This document shows positions 24,137-37,897 of a DNA stretch of 64,000 nt, piece by piece. This DNA comes from Callorhinchus milii. Its lineage: Eukaryota. Position numbers and translations under genes: made by a program. The stretch's first letter is position 1; every line of letters begins with the position of its first letter. The notes beneath the pieces were generated by a model that was not told where the DNA came from, ran no database searches, and was given only the letters and a program-made list of their open reading frames with translations. The stretch is taken from positions 20,524,001-20,588,000 of the forward strand of contig NW_024704742.1 of the NCBI RefSeq assembly GCF_018977255.1, read 5' to 3'.

Positions 24137-24264
24137 TAAGATATATGTGTAATGAAGCATGAAAAATGTGTATGTAGGATCCTGTGGTAACAGTCATACA
24201 AGGATGGTGGTGTCCATATAAAAGGTAGTAATTGGATAGTTAAAAAGTAACTTCCATCCAAAAT

Positions 24265-24500
24265 CCCTCCACTTCACTCTCTCCCTACCTCTCTCCCTCA
24301 CCTTCTCTCACTCCCCCGCAATCTCTCTCCCAGCTCAGACTCGCACTTCAGCTTTTTAAAGCACTTTGAGATGTTTGCCCAAGATGAAAACCCCCATTTA
24401 ATTGCAAATTGTTGCTGCTGATGAAGTTGGTGATAAAGCACTCCGAGACGCCATCCATCCAGCGTGAAGGGCACTAATATAACTGCAAGTTGTTGTTGCC
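24265..24500 (+). mobile_element. Two stacked L2 3' tails
   Basis: Pyrimidine-rich UTR, then AGCACTTTGAGATG..TTGTTG, then a second AGCACTCCGAGACG..GCAAGTTGTTGTTG. Confidence 0.65.
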
Positions 24501-25207
24501 AAGAATAACTTGCTCTTATATAGGGCTATTCTTGTTGAGAAAATATCTTCAAGCAATCCTCACATAACAACAGAGGCTTCAAACTGTGTTGTAATATTTG
24601 CAATGTTATTGTGACAACCTAAAATCTAACAAAGTTGCAATGTTTCAGCTTATTTCAAGAATACCATGAATTGAGATGGCTTTGGATCTTGAATATTTCA
24701 CAAATTCAACAATAAATTAATTTTCTATGAGAAGACAGATTTGTCTTAGAGGCTGAAAGTGTGTTTTAGTCTTCAAGGAGTTAAGTCCAATGGTTTTGCA
24801 GGCGTTAATATTGCTTCTTTGTGAAGCCCATATCAGAAATTGAAGTATGCAACAAATGAGTGCATGAATCGCACTCCCCTGATAAGTGGCATCACTTTAC
24901 CAATGGTACTACTGGAAACCCCTGTTGAAGTGTATAAAGAGATAATTGCTCTACTGCCTCTTTTATATTACATTATATCTCTGGTAAGACTCCGATTTTT
25001 TCCCATAAGTGAAAGTAATGTACGGGTATCCTTTCTTCCACTACAGCACTATTATGCAATATACCAAAACAATTTCTCGCCTTTATTTCGGAATTGCAAA
25101 AAATGTAAACCTTCCCTCAGTAATAATTTGCTGTTTTAATATCCAATGGCAAGATACAGGGGTGAGATAGTAGTTCTTTTGGTATTGAACAACCATCATC
25201 ATGTTGT

Positions 25208-25330
25208 TATAATGATAATACTTACATTTGATACTGCGCCTTTTATGTTGGGGGGACCTCCCAAAGTGCTTCACACGATACACTGTCAAGTGCAGTGATC
25301 GTTTTTTGTGGGCGAACTTGGCAGCCAATT
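25208..25330 (-). mobile_element. tRNA-SINE 3' part
   Basis: Family tail plus GTGGGCGAACTTGGCAGCCAATT core. Confidence 0.75.
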
Positions 25331-27811
25331 TTCTGTTATTTTCTCCTAAGCACAGGCTTTCATTTTTCTTTCTTATGCTAATTTCTTTTATATGCACTTC
25401 CTCCTTCCCCCGGTCAACCTCCGATCTTCCTTCAGTGTTCAAGGCCCAGATTTCATGTCTATACATTGATGCTGACCATACACTTAAATATCCTGATTAT
25501 TATTATCAGCTCTATTTTACTTTACCACAGAAATGCCTCATACTCTTAAAACTCTTCTTTTACAAATCTCTATTCTCGAGTAATCTTGTCCCTTCAAAAT
25601 TAGTTGAATTTTAATGAATATTTTAAACTTCTTTAAACTTTCATTGTTTTTCATTACTTTAGTTCTTTCTTTTCTTCATAATATTCTTCTTCATATTTTT
25701 CCCCCCATTTTTATTCCATTTTCACCCTCTTCCTGTTCAGTTTTTTTCACTCTCCGCCAAGTTTGTTTGGCTTTTCAGGTTCCTTTTATTCTGCTGTGGT
25801 TTTTTTGACTGCTTTCAAGTGTTCTTACAGACCGGTATAGCTCTCTGCTTTTTGTTTATTTGTGCTATTTGCAGCATTCTCAGGGAAACTCTCAACACAA
25901 CGTGTGCTCCAGTGAAGGAAGGTACTTGTACAGAGAGGATGGCTAACAGAAGATGGGCAGAGGCCAGCTGGCGAGAAGTGGCACAGAATGCTACCAGTAA
26001 CAGGCAGTGAAGGTGCCAGGTCGTTTAGCTTATATTAACAAGGATATTTACCCTCTGTTCCTCATGTAGTCTGCCAGGCCTGCTATCCTTTAAATACTCC
26101 ATGAGCTGCAAGTAAATTAAACCTTAAGGACTGAATAAAGGCCAATCCTAACATGTGCTCTGAAATCAAATTGTTTTTCCAATTGCCCACAAAACCACCT
26201 CAATCAAGTGGTTGTCAATGTGGATCAATGGGCACAGATAAATTACAACTGAAAGAGGCTGAGATATGGATGAAGACCCTTGTCCTCCTGCCCTCCCTCT
26301 GTTCTTGAAATGGTGTAATGCACCACAAAGGATTTGAAAAGAGGCAGTGTTGTCCACACAAGCTCCAATACGCTTGCAGTACATCAATAGATGGCAGGCA
26401 GCACAGCCACAGCCTACCTACTCATCACTGTATGACTAGTAATGTCCTGAATAATGTGCTCAGAGTATTCTTATTTTCTCATGATCACAGCCCCATCGTT
26501 TCTCTTTCTGATGCTAATTCAAGGACCTCCTCCATCAATATTGCACCTCTTTTAGCTGTAATTTATCTTACCCTATCGATTTTTATCTCAAACCACTCCG
26601 GGTTTAAAAGGACACTAGTTTCCCAGTAAGAACATCTACAGATCTAAACAGGAGTTTCTTAACATCTTCATTATAATATTCACTGCTTTGAGAAAGAAAT
26701 CCAGATTTTAGATGTGATACATAAAGCGGAAAATTCTCTGATCATGCATAAATGTAAAGACCCAAGCAGCCAGAGAATACTGTACTGTATTCTCCATATC
26801 TTTACACACAAATGGACTTCGGGATTGTGGTTTCGAATTGGATTGCCTCCGCGTGGAGTTTGGGCTTCATATTTTATTTTCCAAAAAGTGAAAAGAATAT
26901 TACAGCTCTCCTTCTGTGCCCATGAGCACTGTGTACACCCAGAAAATAAACAAGAAGCACTCAATCTTAAGTGACTGGTTTGCTGGCAAGATTATTTAAA
27001 TGGCAAAAGACCATAACAAATCCTGTAATTGTGCAGGGCAATGGGATGGGACCTGTATGGACAGCCTGCTCACAGCTTCCCTGGGAGTCAAACACCCTGC
27101 TGCACTGAGGCCCATTTGAGCTGATCAGTGCGACAGATGAAGGAAATGACATGCAGCTTCTAACTTAATCTTATCTCCAAATCCCTAGGACTGCATTTCA
27201 CTGAATCATTTGCTTTCAGCCACGATTGCTAAGCACTCTCTATGCTTATTTCTTTTTAATCTAGCTTTACCTCAGGAGCACTGTTCAGAGATGACGGCTG
27301 TCCAAATAAACCCTACAGAATTTCTGTATTTATTATCCAGAATCCATCGCAAGATCCACTGGGACGTTTCAGAAGAACACCTGCTTCATAAGTAAAAACA
27401 CTGCATCTTTCAAGATGCAGTAACACTACCAGCTTGGTATTGTTCTTTACCTTGAACAAAAGCTCTATGTTGATGATTGTCACTAAATTTACTGACATGG
27501 ACCAGGAATTAATCTGGTTCTGCACTGAAACCAGCAGGGTCCATCAACCTTGAGAATGATCCGAAATATTAGAAAAGATATTTCATGAATACTTATGTTT
27601 TACTCCCAATTAATTATTGTCAACATCTGCCATGTGTATGCACTTGTGTGTGTCTGTGTGTTGCATGTCCGTGTGTGCAGGAGCGCACGAGCAAGTGTGT
27701 GCGTAAGTGTTCACAAGTACAGGTTTCAAAGGGTGGAAATGGTGTGCAAATATGATGGTATATTTTTGTCTGAGAATATGGGACACAGTGTAAATGCTAT
27801 ACCTGCACTCC

Positions 27812-27985
27812 ACTTTCAATCCACGACTGTTTGTGGGACATTGCTGTGCGCAATTGGCTGCTGCATTTCACCCACAAATATACAGTCAATTCACTTTACA
27901 GTATATTTTGTGAAGCACTTTGAGATATCTAGAAAATGTGTGAAGCCCTATATCAAAATGCAAGGATTATTATTATTATTATTAC
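27812..27985 (+). mobile_element. tRNA-SINE 3' part
   Basis: TCAATCCACGACTGTTTGTGGGACATTGCTGTGCGCAATTGGCTG..CAAGG(ATT)n. Confidence 0.85.
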
Positions 27986-28139
27986 AGAGCTGATAAAATG
28001 TAAAAAAGTTGGAGTACGTACGAACTGTCATTGAGCATTCTGAAAACTAAAACACCGTAGGCATGATATTATCATTTCAAAGCAAATGGGACACTTTCTA
28101 CAATGTGTATGTCAAAGAGTTAACAGAGTATGTCAAACT

Positions 28140-28320
28140 ATTATCCACCTACAAAAAAAACAGTCACTACACTTTACATCAAATTCCTGTGAAGTGCTTT
28201 GGGAAGTCCTCCTTACGAGAAAGGCATTATATCAAATACAAGGATTATTATTATCAAGCGCCTTGGGACATCCTCCCGATGTGAAAAGCGCTCTATAAAT
28301 GGAATCTTGTTGTTGTTGTA
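28140..28320 (+). mobile_element. SINE tail followed directly by a solo L2 tail
   Basis: ..CAAGGATTATTATTAT is followed by AAGCGCCTTGGGACATCCTCCCGATGTGAAAAGCGCTCTATAAATGGAATCTTGTTGTTG. Confidence 0.75.
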
Positions 28321-29064
28321 TTATGTTTATTGCTTAATTTGCAAATGCATAAGAAAATTAAACATAATAGATCCCTTATTAATGCTATGAAATTATGAAA
28401 AGTAGCAAATACATTCCTAAAGATCTTGTTTTATATAGATGGGGCTTTGGTGAAGGAACACGGGCAATAAATTATGATCCAACTCTCTGACCATGTCATC
28501 TTACTCCTGCCCAACCCCTCAGCTTCCACCTCTAGCTTGAATGCCCAGCCAATAATGATAAGCACTTTGGGATGTCCTCCCAATACGAAAGGCGCTATAT
28601 AAATGTAAATATGTATTGTTAAATAATTTGGGATATCATGACCATTTAACAACTTTTAAAACTGGAATTTAAGAAAATTGCTGAGACTAAGCAGTGCAAA
28701 GTGATTAACTTTACCGACACCATCTTGGCCAATGAGAAGGTAGGCTCAACAATAATCATACTGCGCTGGCAAAGTACCTTAATTGTCCAATTGAAGATTG
28801 TAAATGAGAAAAATATGTGGATCCAGCTGTGGAGTGTGTAATTGAAAGATGTTATGGCAGAACATCAAAGTCATAAAAGACGATTTTCAGAGGAGGCTCT
28901 GTATGTGCTGTTGCATTAAGTACCGGAATGGGGCTCATTCATTTTAATAGCGATCAGTTGACTGAGTACTTCCAAACATGCAAAGCAGGTGGCAGGAAGC
29001 AGCTAACCAAGACTTGGAGGAGAATAAAAAATTAGCTAAAAATTGTATCGCTCGAAAACACAAT

Positions 29065-29880
29065 ACAATACAAATTTACATTCACATGGCACATTTCCCG
29101 TCAGGAGGAGATCCCTAAGCAACAACAAATTACATTTGCATAACGCCTTTCATGTCGAGAGGATGTCCCAAGGCACTGGACAGTCAGGGATTTGGACCCA
29201 AGCAGGGGGTTGGGATCAGGAGGGGCGGAGGGCAGAGAGGGTAGGGGTAGGAGGGTGATCTTGAGACATGCCTTGAAGGAGGCAAGGGAGGGAATAAGGC
29301 GAAGGCACTGTGGTATTGAGTTGCAAAGGGAGGGGACAGAGAGGCTGAAGACCCGATGGCTGATTGTGACGTGGGTCAGGGCATGGGATGTGAAGCAGGC
29401 CAGAGCCTGCTGAGGGGAGGGAGGATACTGGTTGATATGGTGCTAATAGGTCACAGAAGTAGGAAGGACCAAGGTCATAGAGGGCTTTGAAGGCAAGGTC
29501 AATGATTTTGAACTCTATGGTGAATGGGAGCCAGTGGAGCCTGGCTAGGGTGGGGGCTATAAGGTCATGGAGCAAAGTGCAGGAAAGGACACAAGCTGCA
29601 GAGTAAGAATGATCTGCAGCTTGTGGAGGGAAGAGATGGATAGGCCGATAAGCAGAGCGCTGGCGTACTCAAGCTTAGTTATAACAAATGTATGGATGAG
29701 GGACTTGGCGGCCTGAGGGGAGAGGCAGTGGCGGAGCCGGGCAATGTTGCGGAGGTGGGAGAAGGCAGACACGAATTCATGACACGAATGGCTTAGCAAT
29801 ATTGGCTTGGCACTTGAGCTGGGGTTGAAAGCCAAGGGGGTGGGGAGGGGAAAGAGGACCAACAGCTTGGAAAAGAATGA
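29065..29880 (-). mobile_element. L2 LINE 3' fragment (~0.75 kb) plus an extra tail
   Basis: ORF pieces AFSHLRNIARLRHCLSPQAAKSLIHTFVITKLEY and [17 protein letters not shown]; (TTG)n tail at about 29120. Confidence 0.9.
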
Positions 29881-30303
29881 GAGAGTGCAAAAAGGTGTAC
29901 AAAAGGATCACAGGACATATTAGTACACCAAGGAAAATGCAACTTGTACCAGACATATGTGGTCGCTAGACATTTGACAATCGCAGGATTGAGTCCTCAC
30001 CAGGTGCACAGCAGATACCAGGAACACGCCCCATCCCCTCCCACCACCGCACACTGCATGATGAGCAGCACATCTCAGCACAAAATGTGTAAGAGCATTG
30101 CCACCATCGTCCTGACTCACTGAGCAAGTGGTTCCACTACCTGGAGGTGTGGAATTTCAGCAGCATCTGCGTACCTTTAGTCACATCAAACAGACTATAG
30201 AAGAATGGAGAACCAAAACTAATAGCAGGATATTACTGCTTCTGATTGCCAACAAAATAGTCATTATTGTGTTATATTCATTAGGCAAGAAAGTGTATCA
30301 TTA

Positions 30304-30501
<198 letters not shown>

Positions 30502-33207
30502 TCAGCGTTTATCAAACAATTCAGTATCAAAGTACACATTTTATTCTTCATGCCTTCTAGTTCATCAATGCAAATGTAACTTAAGTGGACACCAAACTTT
30601 GATGAAAATTGATATGTAGCTCCAACCTCTTAATGGCAGTTTTTTCCATTGGTGAGAACTGATCACTATAATTGTGGAGAGTGCATCAGTTTAGTGATTT
30701 TCATGTTGTACACTCAGGTTTAAAGTTATATTAAAGTCTTTCAACTGCAGTACATCACAAGGAACCATGCAGAAACACTGTAAGTGTCACCTGTATGTTC
30801 CGTCCAATATTATCCCCTGTCCAACAGTATGTTTCAATACTTTGACAGATGTGCTATAAATCATTGGCTCCAGGATTCACAGGTAACTCAAATATAATTC
30901 ATTAACAACTGTCGGCATTAAGAATTGGTGACAGCGTGCGTACGCGCGCTGGCACTCAGACAACTTTTACTTTTTTTTTAAAAAGCAATCACTGTTTGTT
31001 TTCTGAAATGTAAGACCCTAGAGTGGCTTTCAGGTTATTTTCTGTTGTTATTTTCCAGAGTTGGTCTAAATTCATGATAAGGCACTATTAGGCACCAAAT
31101 GCAATGATTATTATTTTATTATTGTTACTGTGGAGGGTTGAACTTCACGCTCGCCCCAGCCAAAACGTAAAACTAAGTCTACAGGTTACCACCTGCTGAG
31201 CAATAGTTAATGCTGGTGATAGTTAAATAGTGCTGCAAATTTTCCACCGCGTAGATAGAAACATGAAAGTAGCCAGGAATTGTGCAAATGTTTCCCACAC
31301 AGTACATTCTCAATCTCAGTGAACCTTCAGCCTGGGTAATGAGTAGAGCCTGGATATTTCTCTACAGGGAGCAAGAGATAGAGTCTTTGGCATCACTCAT
31401 GTACTACTTGGCTAGAATAACATTGGTCTGACAACAGATGATTTCCACATCCTTTCAACTGGGCAACGAACAACTCAAGATGGCTTGGAGAAATTTTTTT
31501 GTATATACACTTGGATCCGAAAGCTTTACTGGTTAAAGACGACATCTACAGCAATAATTTACATTTATATAGCACTTTTTTTTTACTTTGGGAGGACATC
31601 TCAAAGACCAATTATAGGGAGAAAGTCTTCATTTTCATCTATCTCCAGCACGTCAAGAAATCTGCGAAATTCTGAAATGATTAGCACTCCAGCTGGCAGC
31701 ATTTACCCTTAAAGATATATTTATGTATATACTTTAAATAACTCAGTCTCAATAAATCCCAGCTGGATAGTCAAAGTACCCTGTCAAAATTTGCTACTGC
31801 TTTTGGGGCAAATTATCCTGAATTTTCAACATTAGGCTCCACTTGGATTATTTTTTCCACTGAGTTGTTTTAATTCTCTGTTTATTTCTTAGTTTAAGCT
31901 CAGCTTCACAACTTCCATTATAAACTTAATGTTCCACCAAAAACATTAACACAAGTACTGAATGAGACTTAACAATAAAATACACCATGCAATGTTCCCT
32001 CTGTTCAATTTGCTTTCAAGTGGGTAACTAAATTGCATCTAAATTCAACCCAGATGAAAAAAAGGCCACAATTTAAAATGCACCACATGTGTTTTGCCAA
32101 CCTTACCAAAAATGGCACCTATATCTTTACCTCATACAGTAATTTCTGCTGTTGTGTGACATTTATTCCAGGATCCCTCGTGACTTAACCACTTTCAGAA
32201 TGGGAAAAAAAATGCAATTATTTCACTGAAATTGCCAACCATAAACTAACAGTGGAGTATGCCATAATTCTGTGAAACCATTAAAAAAGGATATAAATTT
32301 CAGAAATATTACTTAATTAAATAAAACTCTCAGTGTTCTGAGGTTGGCCCATCTACCCCAGTCCCACCTAATAACTGTTCTAAATGAGATATGCAATTGA
32401 TGCCAAGAGTGCAAACACTCCTCTCAATCCACTATGATGACTCTGAAGAAGAAAAACATTCTCCTCTCTGGTTAACAGAAGAGTAGCCATGCTATTCAAA
32501 GGAATAGTTAGCCATGCTTTTCAAAGGAAGTGATCTCCCAGACTGAGACCCTTTAACTAGTGCTAAAGCCTAGGAACAATGAGGATATAAGCGCTGAAAC
32601 AAATGAGAAAGCAAGGCAGAATAAAACAGCTTGAGTAAGATGAATATAAACATGAATTCAAAGGCATAAACATGACTTGGACACAAATCTTGAAAAGAAA
32701 GCCACAAAAAAGGTGAAATAAAAGCTAGGGATATGAAGCCTTACATCTGTGCAGTTTTGAAAGCAAGCAGCTTCAGTCAATGAACTAGATTTTCTAACAA
32801 AATACTGATCTGCAGTATGAAGAGAATACAGTAAATTTTCAAGAGTAAATCTACGACTAGGTTTATCCCAATTATAACACTTGATATTTTCAAAAAAAGT
32901 TCTCTGATCCTAGCCCTGTAAGAGACATGTTTTTCTCTTCATTATAAAGACACAAGTGAAACGATAAGCAAAAATTGATGATTAAATAGCCTAATAGTTA
33001 ATGATAATAATAATAATAACGACTTAAAAGCTTAAAAATAAATCATCTATAATATATAATAATAGTTTAAAAGTTCTCTAGGACCCTGCTCCATGTGAAG
33101 GGCTCTATGTAAATGAAAGTAGTTGTTTTTGTTGTAGTTCTGTTTTCACTTCTGTCTGTTTTCCCATTGATACATAACTGCAGGCACAATTTTTACACCT
33201 AAAGTCA

Positions 33208-33272
33208 ACAACAAACACTACCAGGTCAGGTACAGCATGGTTAGGAGCAAAGGAAAGCTGCCACTACACTCG
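33208..33272 (-). repeat. Fragment of a widespread fish/shark repeat tail
   Basis: Reverse complement AGTGTAGTGGCAGCTTTCCTTTGCTCCTAACCATGCTGTACCTGACCTGGTAGTGTTTG resembles a remembered common shark repeat unit. Confidence 0.4.
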
Positions 33273-33309
33273 TGAGGCATATTGATTATTGATACAAGTC
33301 ATTTGCATT

Positions 33310-33872
33310 GTCTTTTTCTGGTCAGCCACATGTCTGACACATGTGGAAACCCATTACCGTGCTTATGTCTATCCAAACAAAACTTTAACAAACACCACAT
33401 ATGTATGCTACTTACACATGGAAATTTCCCCGAGTCCCGAATGGAAGGTGCACTCTCTCCCTGGAGAGAAAGCACCCTGCTTGCCTAATTGTGGAGAGTA
33501 TTAGGTGCAGGTTGGCAAGAGCCAAGGCTTGAGGATCCCAGCACGTGTGTTACGGTACTGCTGGAATTTAAGCAGCTAAAATGGCATAGCTTGGCAAGGT
33601 TTATGTCTGGACTATCCAATCTGTTAGGGTTTGGCTTGTAGGGTTGACAGGAGTTGAATGTGAAGCATCCCTACTCACAGTGACCAGTCTGCGCCTCCAA
33701 ATCCTGCTGATGAGCCAGACTCGTCTGTCATCAGCACTGCCTTAATGTAACGCAGACCAAGTTGGCTTAGGAAATGGGCTGCCGAGATTGCCACAGAGGA
33801 TTGGCTTGATTCTGATATTCTGTTACCAAGCACTTCATTTTGGAGTCAGTTCAATTCTAAGGAAATCCTGCT
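33310..33872 (-). repeat. Element X, near full-length copy
   Basis: Reverse-complement homology along the whole of 4515-5090, with one internal deletion near 33590. Confidence 0.8.
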
Positions 33873-34347
33873 AACCTCAACCCCTGGAAAATGGTTGTCT
33901 GATTTGTGTTGAGGCCGGCAATTAATGTTGAACTACGGAAAGATTTAGGAGGTGGATTTAAAAAAAAGTAGATTTAAAGAAGTAGATTTAAAAAGATTTA
34001 GTTGACATCCAAAATCATCTAAAATGATTTCATCTCACCAAAGCCCAGAAATCAAAGGGAAGCAGGTCAATCCACTACAACACCTAAAACCCAGGTACTT
34101 TGGGTCAACAGTCCATTCCTAGTAAATTCACCTACCTTAGCAGATAATCACAAGCTAATTCTCCACTTGGGAGGTACATTTACTGAGCTTAGTGGATTGA
34201 CCATTCCAAGTTCACCACATTTATCACTGATTACACTTACATGTTTATTATATAAGCTCTCAGTCAGCTGTGTAAAACATTTTGAGAAATCCTCCTGATT
34301 TGAAAGGCACTATATAAATGTAAATTGTTGCTGTATTATCCTAGTTG

Positions 34348-34912
34348 TGGAGTCCTGTAGCATATTGGTTTGAGTACTCGCCTTGCAAGTGAGAGGACCT
34401 GGGTTCGATTCCTGGGCAAGAATGTTAGTCAAGTTTCCTTTACTCCACACATCTTTTTGACTAGCAGGAACCCAGTTGTAGTCAATTGGGTTTTCCGGGG
34501 GTAATAATCACTTCAAAAATACAAATTAAAAAAATCTCAATCCAAGACTGTCTGTGGGACACTGGCTACCATGTTTCACGCACAACAAAAAAATCAATTG
34601 ACTTTACAGTATATGCTGTGAAGCACTCTGAGACGTCTCAAAGATGTGATAAGGCACTAGAATCATAGAATTATACAGCACATAAGGTGGCCATTCAGTT
34701 CACCATTTCTGTGCTGGCTCTTTGAAAAGAGCTATCCGAATCAATCCCACTCCCTAACTCTCTCCCCTTAGCCCTGCAAACTTGCCTTCACCAAACAATT
34801 ATCTAAAATGATTTAATCTCACAAAAAGCTGAGAGATAAACAGCACAATAATCCTTGCATTTGCACTATATCAAATGCAAGGATTATTATTATTATTATT
34901 AGGATTATTATT
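34348..34912 (+). mobile_element. Full tRNA-SINE interrupted by a composite insertion (34660-34862)
   Basis: Head GGAGTCCTGTAGCATATTGG..GGGTTCGATTCCTGG; the tail is split at GCACTA (34654-34659 and 34863-34868). Confidence 0.8.
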
Positions 34913-35051
34913 GCCATCAGTGTCAGTTATACTACTGAAATGTGTTGCAGGGGAAAATAAATAAGGAAACAAGACAAAAAATGCTTTCCTACCATATTGA
35001 AAAAATAAAACAACAAATTAGATTTGTATAGCATCTTTCACGTCGGGAGGA

Positions 35052-35481
35052 TGTAATCGCTAGATTGCTATTCCCATGCAGTGGCAGACTGGCTCCCCGA
35101 AAGGGCTCGGTATTTTGAGGCAAAATGAGGGCCCCAATTCACGGGAGAACGAGGAGCGCCGATTCATGATGAAAATATAAATTTGTTAATTTAAAAAAAT
35201 TTGGCGAGGCTTAAAGTTAACAGGAGGGCGGGATCTGGCAGGTGATTGTCTATCATTCCTGCCACGCATCGGGGATGGTAGGCTTTGGGCAATGATTGGC
35301 TGGTCTGAGCTGGCACTCACCCAGATATCAGGCTGCGGGATGATAAGTATCGGGGGCGAATCATAGGAGCTCTCGAGAATCATTCATGGGGACACTCAGG
35401 AAATTTCCTAAGTTTTCACAGGACAGTTTCTAAGGCGACTGCAGTTCCGAAACATAACACATGGCCGTAATGTCGATTACA
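35052..35481. mobile_element. CpG-rich 430-bp element with TGTAATCG..CGATTACA ends (solo LTR or MITE candidate)
   Basis: 8-bp terminal inverted repeat with TG..CA ends; GC/CpG content is visibly higher than the flanks; no TSD found. Confidence 0.4.
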
Positions 35482-36287
35482 AAGTTGGAAACTGAAACCA
35501 GCACAAAAACAAATACTCTGTAAACTGTAAATTTGTCACAAATAGCTTTTCAACACTATGTTAGCAAATTATAGGTGGACAACATCCAAGGCAAATAGTG
35601 CTTACTTCAATGAAAGGAAAGCCGTGAAGATGTGAGTTCTACAAAACCTCTACTCACTCTCTACCGATGTATAGGTCTATCAAATGTGACTGCAAGTTTT
35701 ACAGAAATACTATTCCACTGACTTGGTAACTGATCTTGTTACTGCTGTAACAATTACTTCTTAATCCCCTAGAGATTTCATGCTCACAAGCATATCAATT
35801 GTTGCCCATTAAAGAAAACCTTTCGATCCCTTCAAATCATCATGTACTGACCTTCAGTACTGTGAGAGGTAGGCCTCATCTCTCCAGCACTTCAATTTTT
35901 TTAAGCAGTAACTTATATATCATCACAATAAATCACCGAAAAGGAGATTCAAGCACCACGAGAGAAGAGATATTATACTGACGGACTCTGACAAATTAAA
36001 TTACTGAAATAGATAAATGCATCAAATTGGTCTGCTGTCCATTTACTAATCTACTTATTAATGCAATTGTATAATACAAAGCAATATATCTTAACAGCAT
36101 CACTGACTAGTGTTGAAACATACACTGAATCCATAAAACAGAGAATTGGGATTTTGTGTTTCAGCTCAGGTGGATGAGCTAGTACCAGCAGAAGCTAAAC
36201 AGCTCCTTCTCTGCTGTTCTTTCTGTTCATTTCAGAAGAGCATTTCAGGAATTTTGCAAATCATTCAGCATTTGAAAAGATCTAATA

Positions 36288-36445
36288 AAATAATAATAAC
36301 CCTTCCACTTGATATAGCACCTATCACGTTGGGAGGATGTCTCAAAGCAATTCACAGGATGTACTGTAAAGTGGATTGACCATGTATTTTGTAAATGAAG
36401 GCGGCAGCCAATTTACCTGCAACAAATTCTCACAAATAGTTGATT
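36288..36445 (-). mobile_element. tRNA-SINE 3' part, diverged
   Basis: Family tail plus GGCGGCAGCCAATTT core. Confidence 0.7.
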
Positions 36446-37044
36446 ATAAATTTCCAGCAGCATATTAAGCGATCCTTGAAGTGAAAAAACAATCTTATAA
36501 AGAAGAAAAATATTTATTTTAACTCATACAGAAAACGAGTGGCAGCATTCATTGTAAACAATAATTTATTCTCAAATTTGCTGGACAAATAATTTACTCG
36601 CAGTTAAATGCCTGTGGATTCCTGATAAACCAGGAATAATAGCATGAGAATAGTTAATCTTCTTAATGTAACAAAGGCATGACAGGTCACATGCATACTG
36701 CCAATGTTATGAAGGAAGTCTGCTCCTGTAACACTTCTACCAAATCCTGTAACACTTTCCCCCAAAATAAACTCTTCCCCTTTAATAATAGTTTCCACAT
36801 CAGGCAAAACATAAACTCGCCTCATTTTAGGGAAAAAAAACTCATTGGCAGGAATTACTCAGTCACACAGTAAATTTGATAGGTTTTTAGTGTGTGTGTG
36901 TATGGAGAGGTGAGGGTTGGGGACAGAAAAGCTAGATGCGCTCTAAATGGATCTGATCAAACCCACTATGTAAAGGGAAGGGGGGAAAAAAAGACTTCAA
37001 TCTAGAATGGAAACTCAGTGTCAAAGGCTTTCAAAAGTAAATCT

Positions 37045-37897
37045 GCTGGGGTGAGGGTGGGGGACAGGGGGGCAGGTGGAGAGAGTTCCCATAGTCCAGC
37101 CTTGAGGTGACAAAGGCGTGGACCAGAGTTTCAGCAGCGTGAGGGGTGAGGTAGTGCCGTAGTCTGGCGATGTTTCGGAGGTTATGGAAGGCGGTGCCAG
37201 TTGTGGCGCGGATATGAGGAGAAAGGACAGCTCAGGGTCGAACAGAACCCCGAGGTTCCTGACTGGCTTTGAGAGGTGGAGAGTGCAGCCTTGGATGCTG
37301 ATGCTGTCAGCGCCTGAGGTGCGGAGGCGCTGACGTGAGCCAATCAGGAGGGCCTCAGTTTTACGCTCGTTGAGCTGAAGAAAGCTGTCTCTCGTCCAGG
37401 ACTCGATGTCGGACAGGCAGCTGTCAGGACATCGGTGGTCGTGGAGTTGAGGGTAGAGGAAGAAAGGTAGAGTTGGGTGTCATCTGCAAACATGTGGAAG
37501 TTAACCCCATGTCTGCGGATGATGTCACTGAAGGGGAGAATATAGAGGGTGAAGAGGAGGGGACCGAGGACAGAGCCCTGAGGGACACCACACGAGACAG
37601 TGCGGGGGCTGGAGGAAAAGCCGTTTGTGGAAAGAAAATGAAAATGGTGGGAGTGGTACGACCTAAACCACTCAAGGACAGGGCCTTGAAGGTTGAGATG
37701 GGAGGACAAGCGGTGGAGGAGGATAGCGTGGTCGACCGTATCGAATGCTGCCGATAGGTCGAGGAGGACGAGGAGGCAGAGGGAGCCCTGGTCGCAGATG
37801 GTCAAGATGTCATTGGTGACCTTGACCAGGGCGGTTTCTGTGCTATGGGCAGCACGGAAATCCGACTGAAGGGGTTCGAATGATGCATGGGTGGAGA
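37045..37897 (-). mobile_element. L2 LINE reverse-transcriptase fragment
   Basis: LLVLLDLSAAFDTVDH..GVPQGSVLGPLLFTLY..HMFADDTQLY; upstream FQSDFRAAHSTETALVKVTND; frameshifted. Confidence 0.95.

Noticed and set aside
25900..26400. Possible Harbinger Myb/transposase relics (SWREVAQ; CGALHHF)
   Set aside because: The similarity covers only a few residues and cannot be supported without a profile search.
30933..30952. CpG cluster GCGTGCGTACGCGCGC
   Set aside because: It is too short and isolated to call a regulatory site and may be a decayed (GT/GC) microsatellite.
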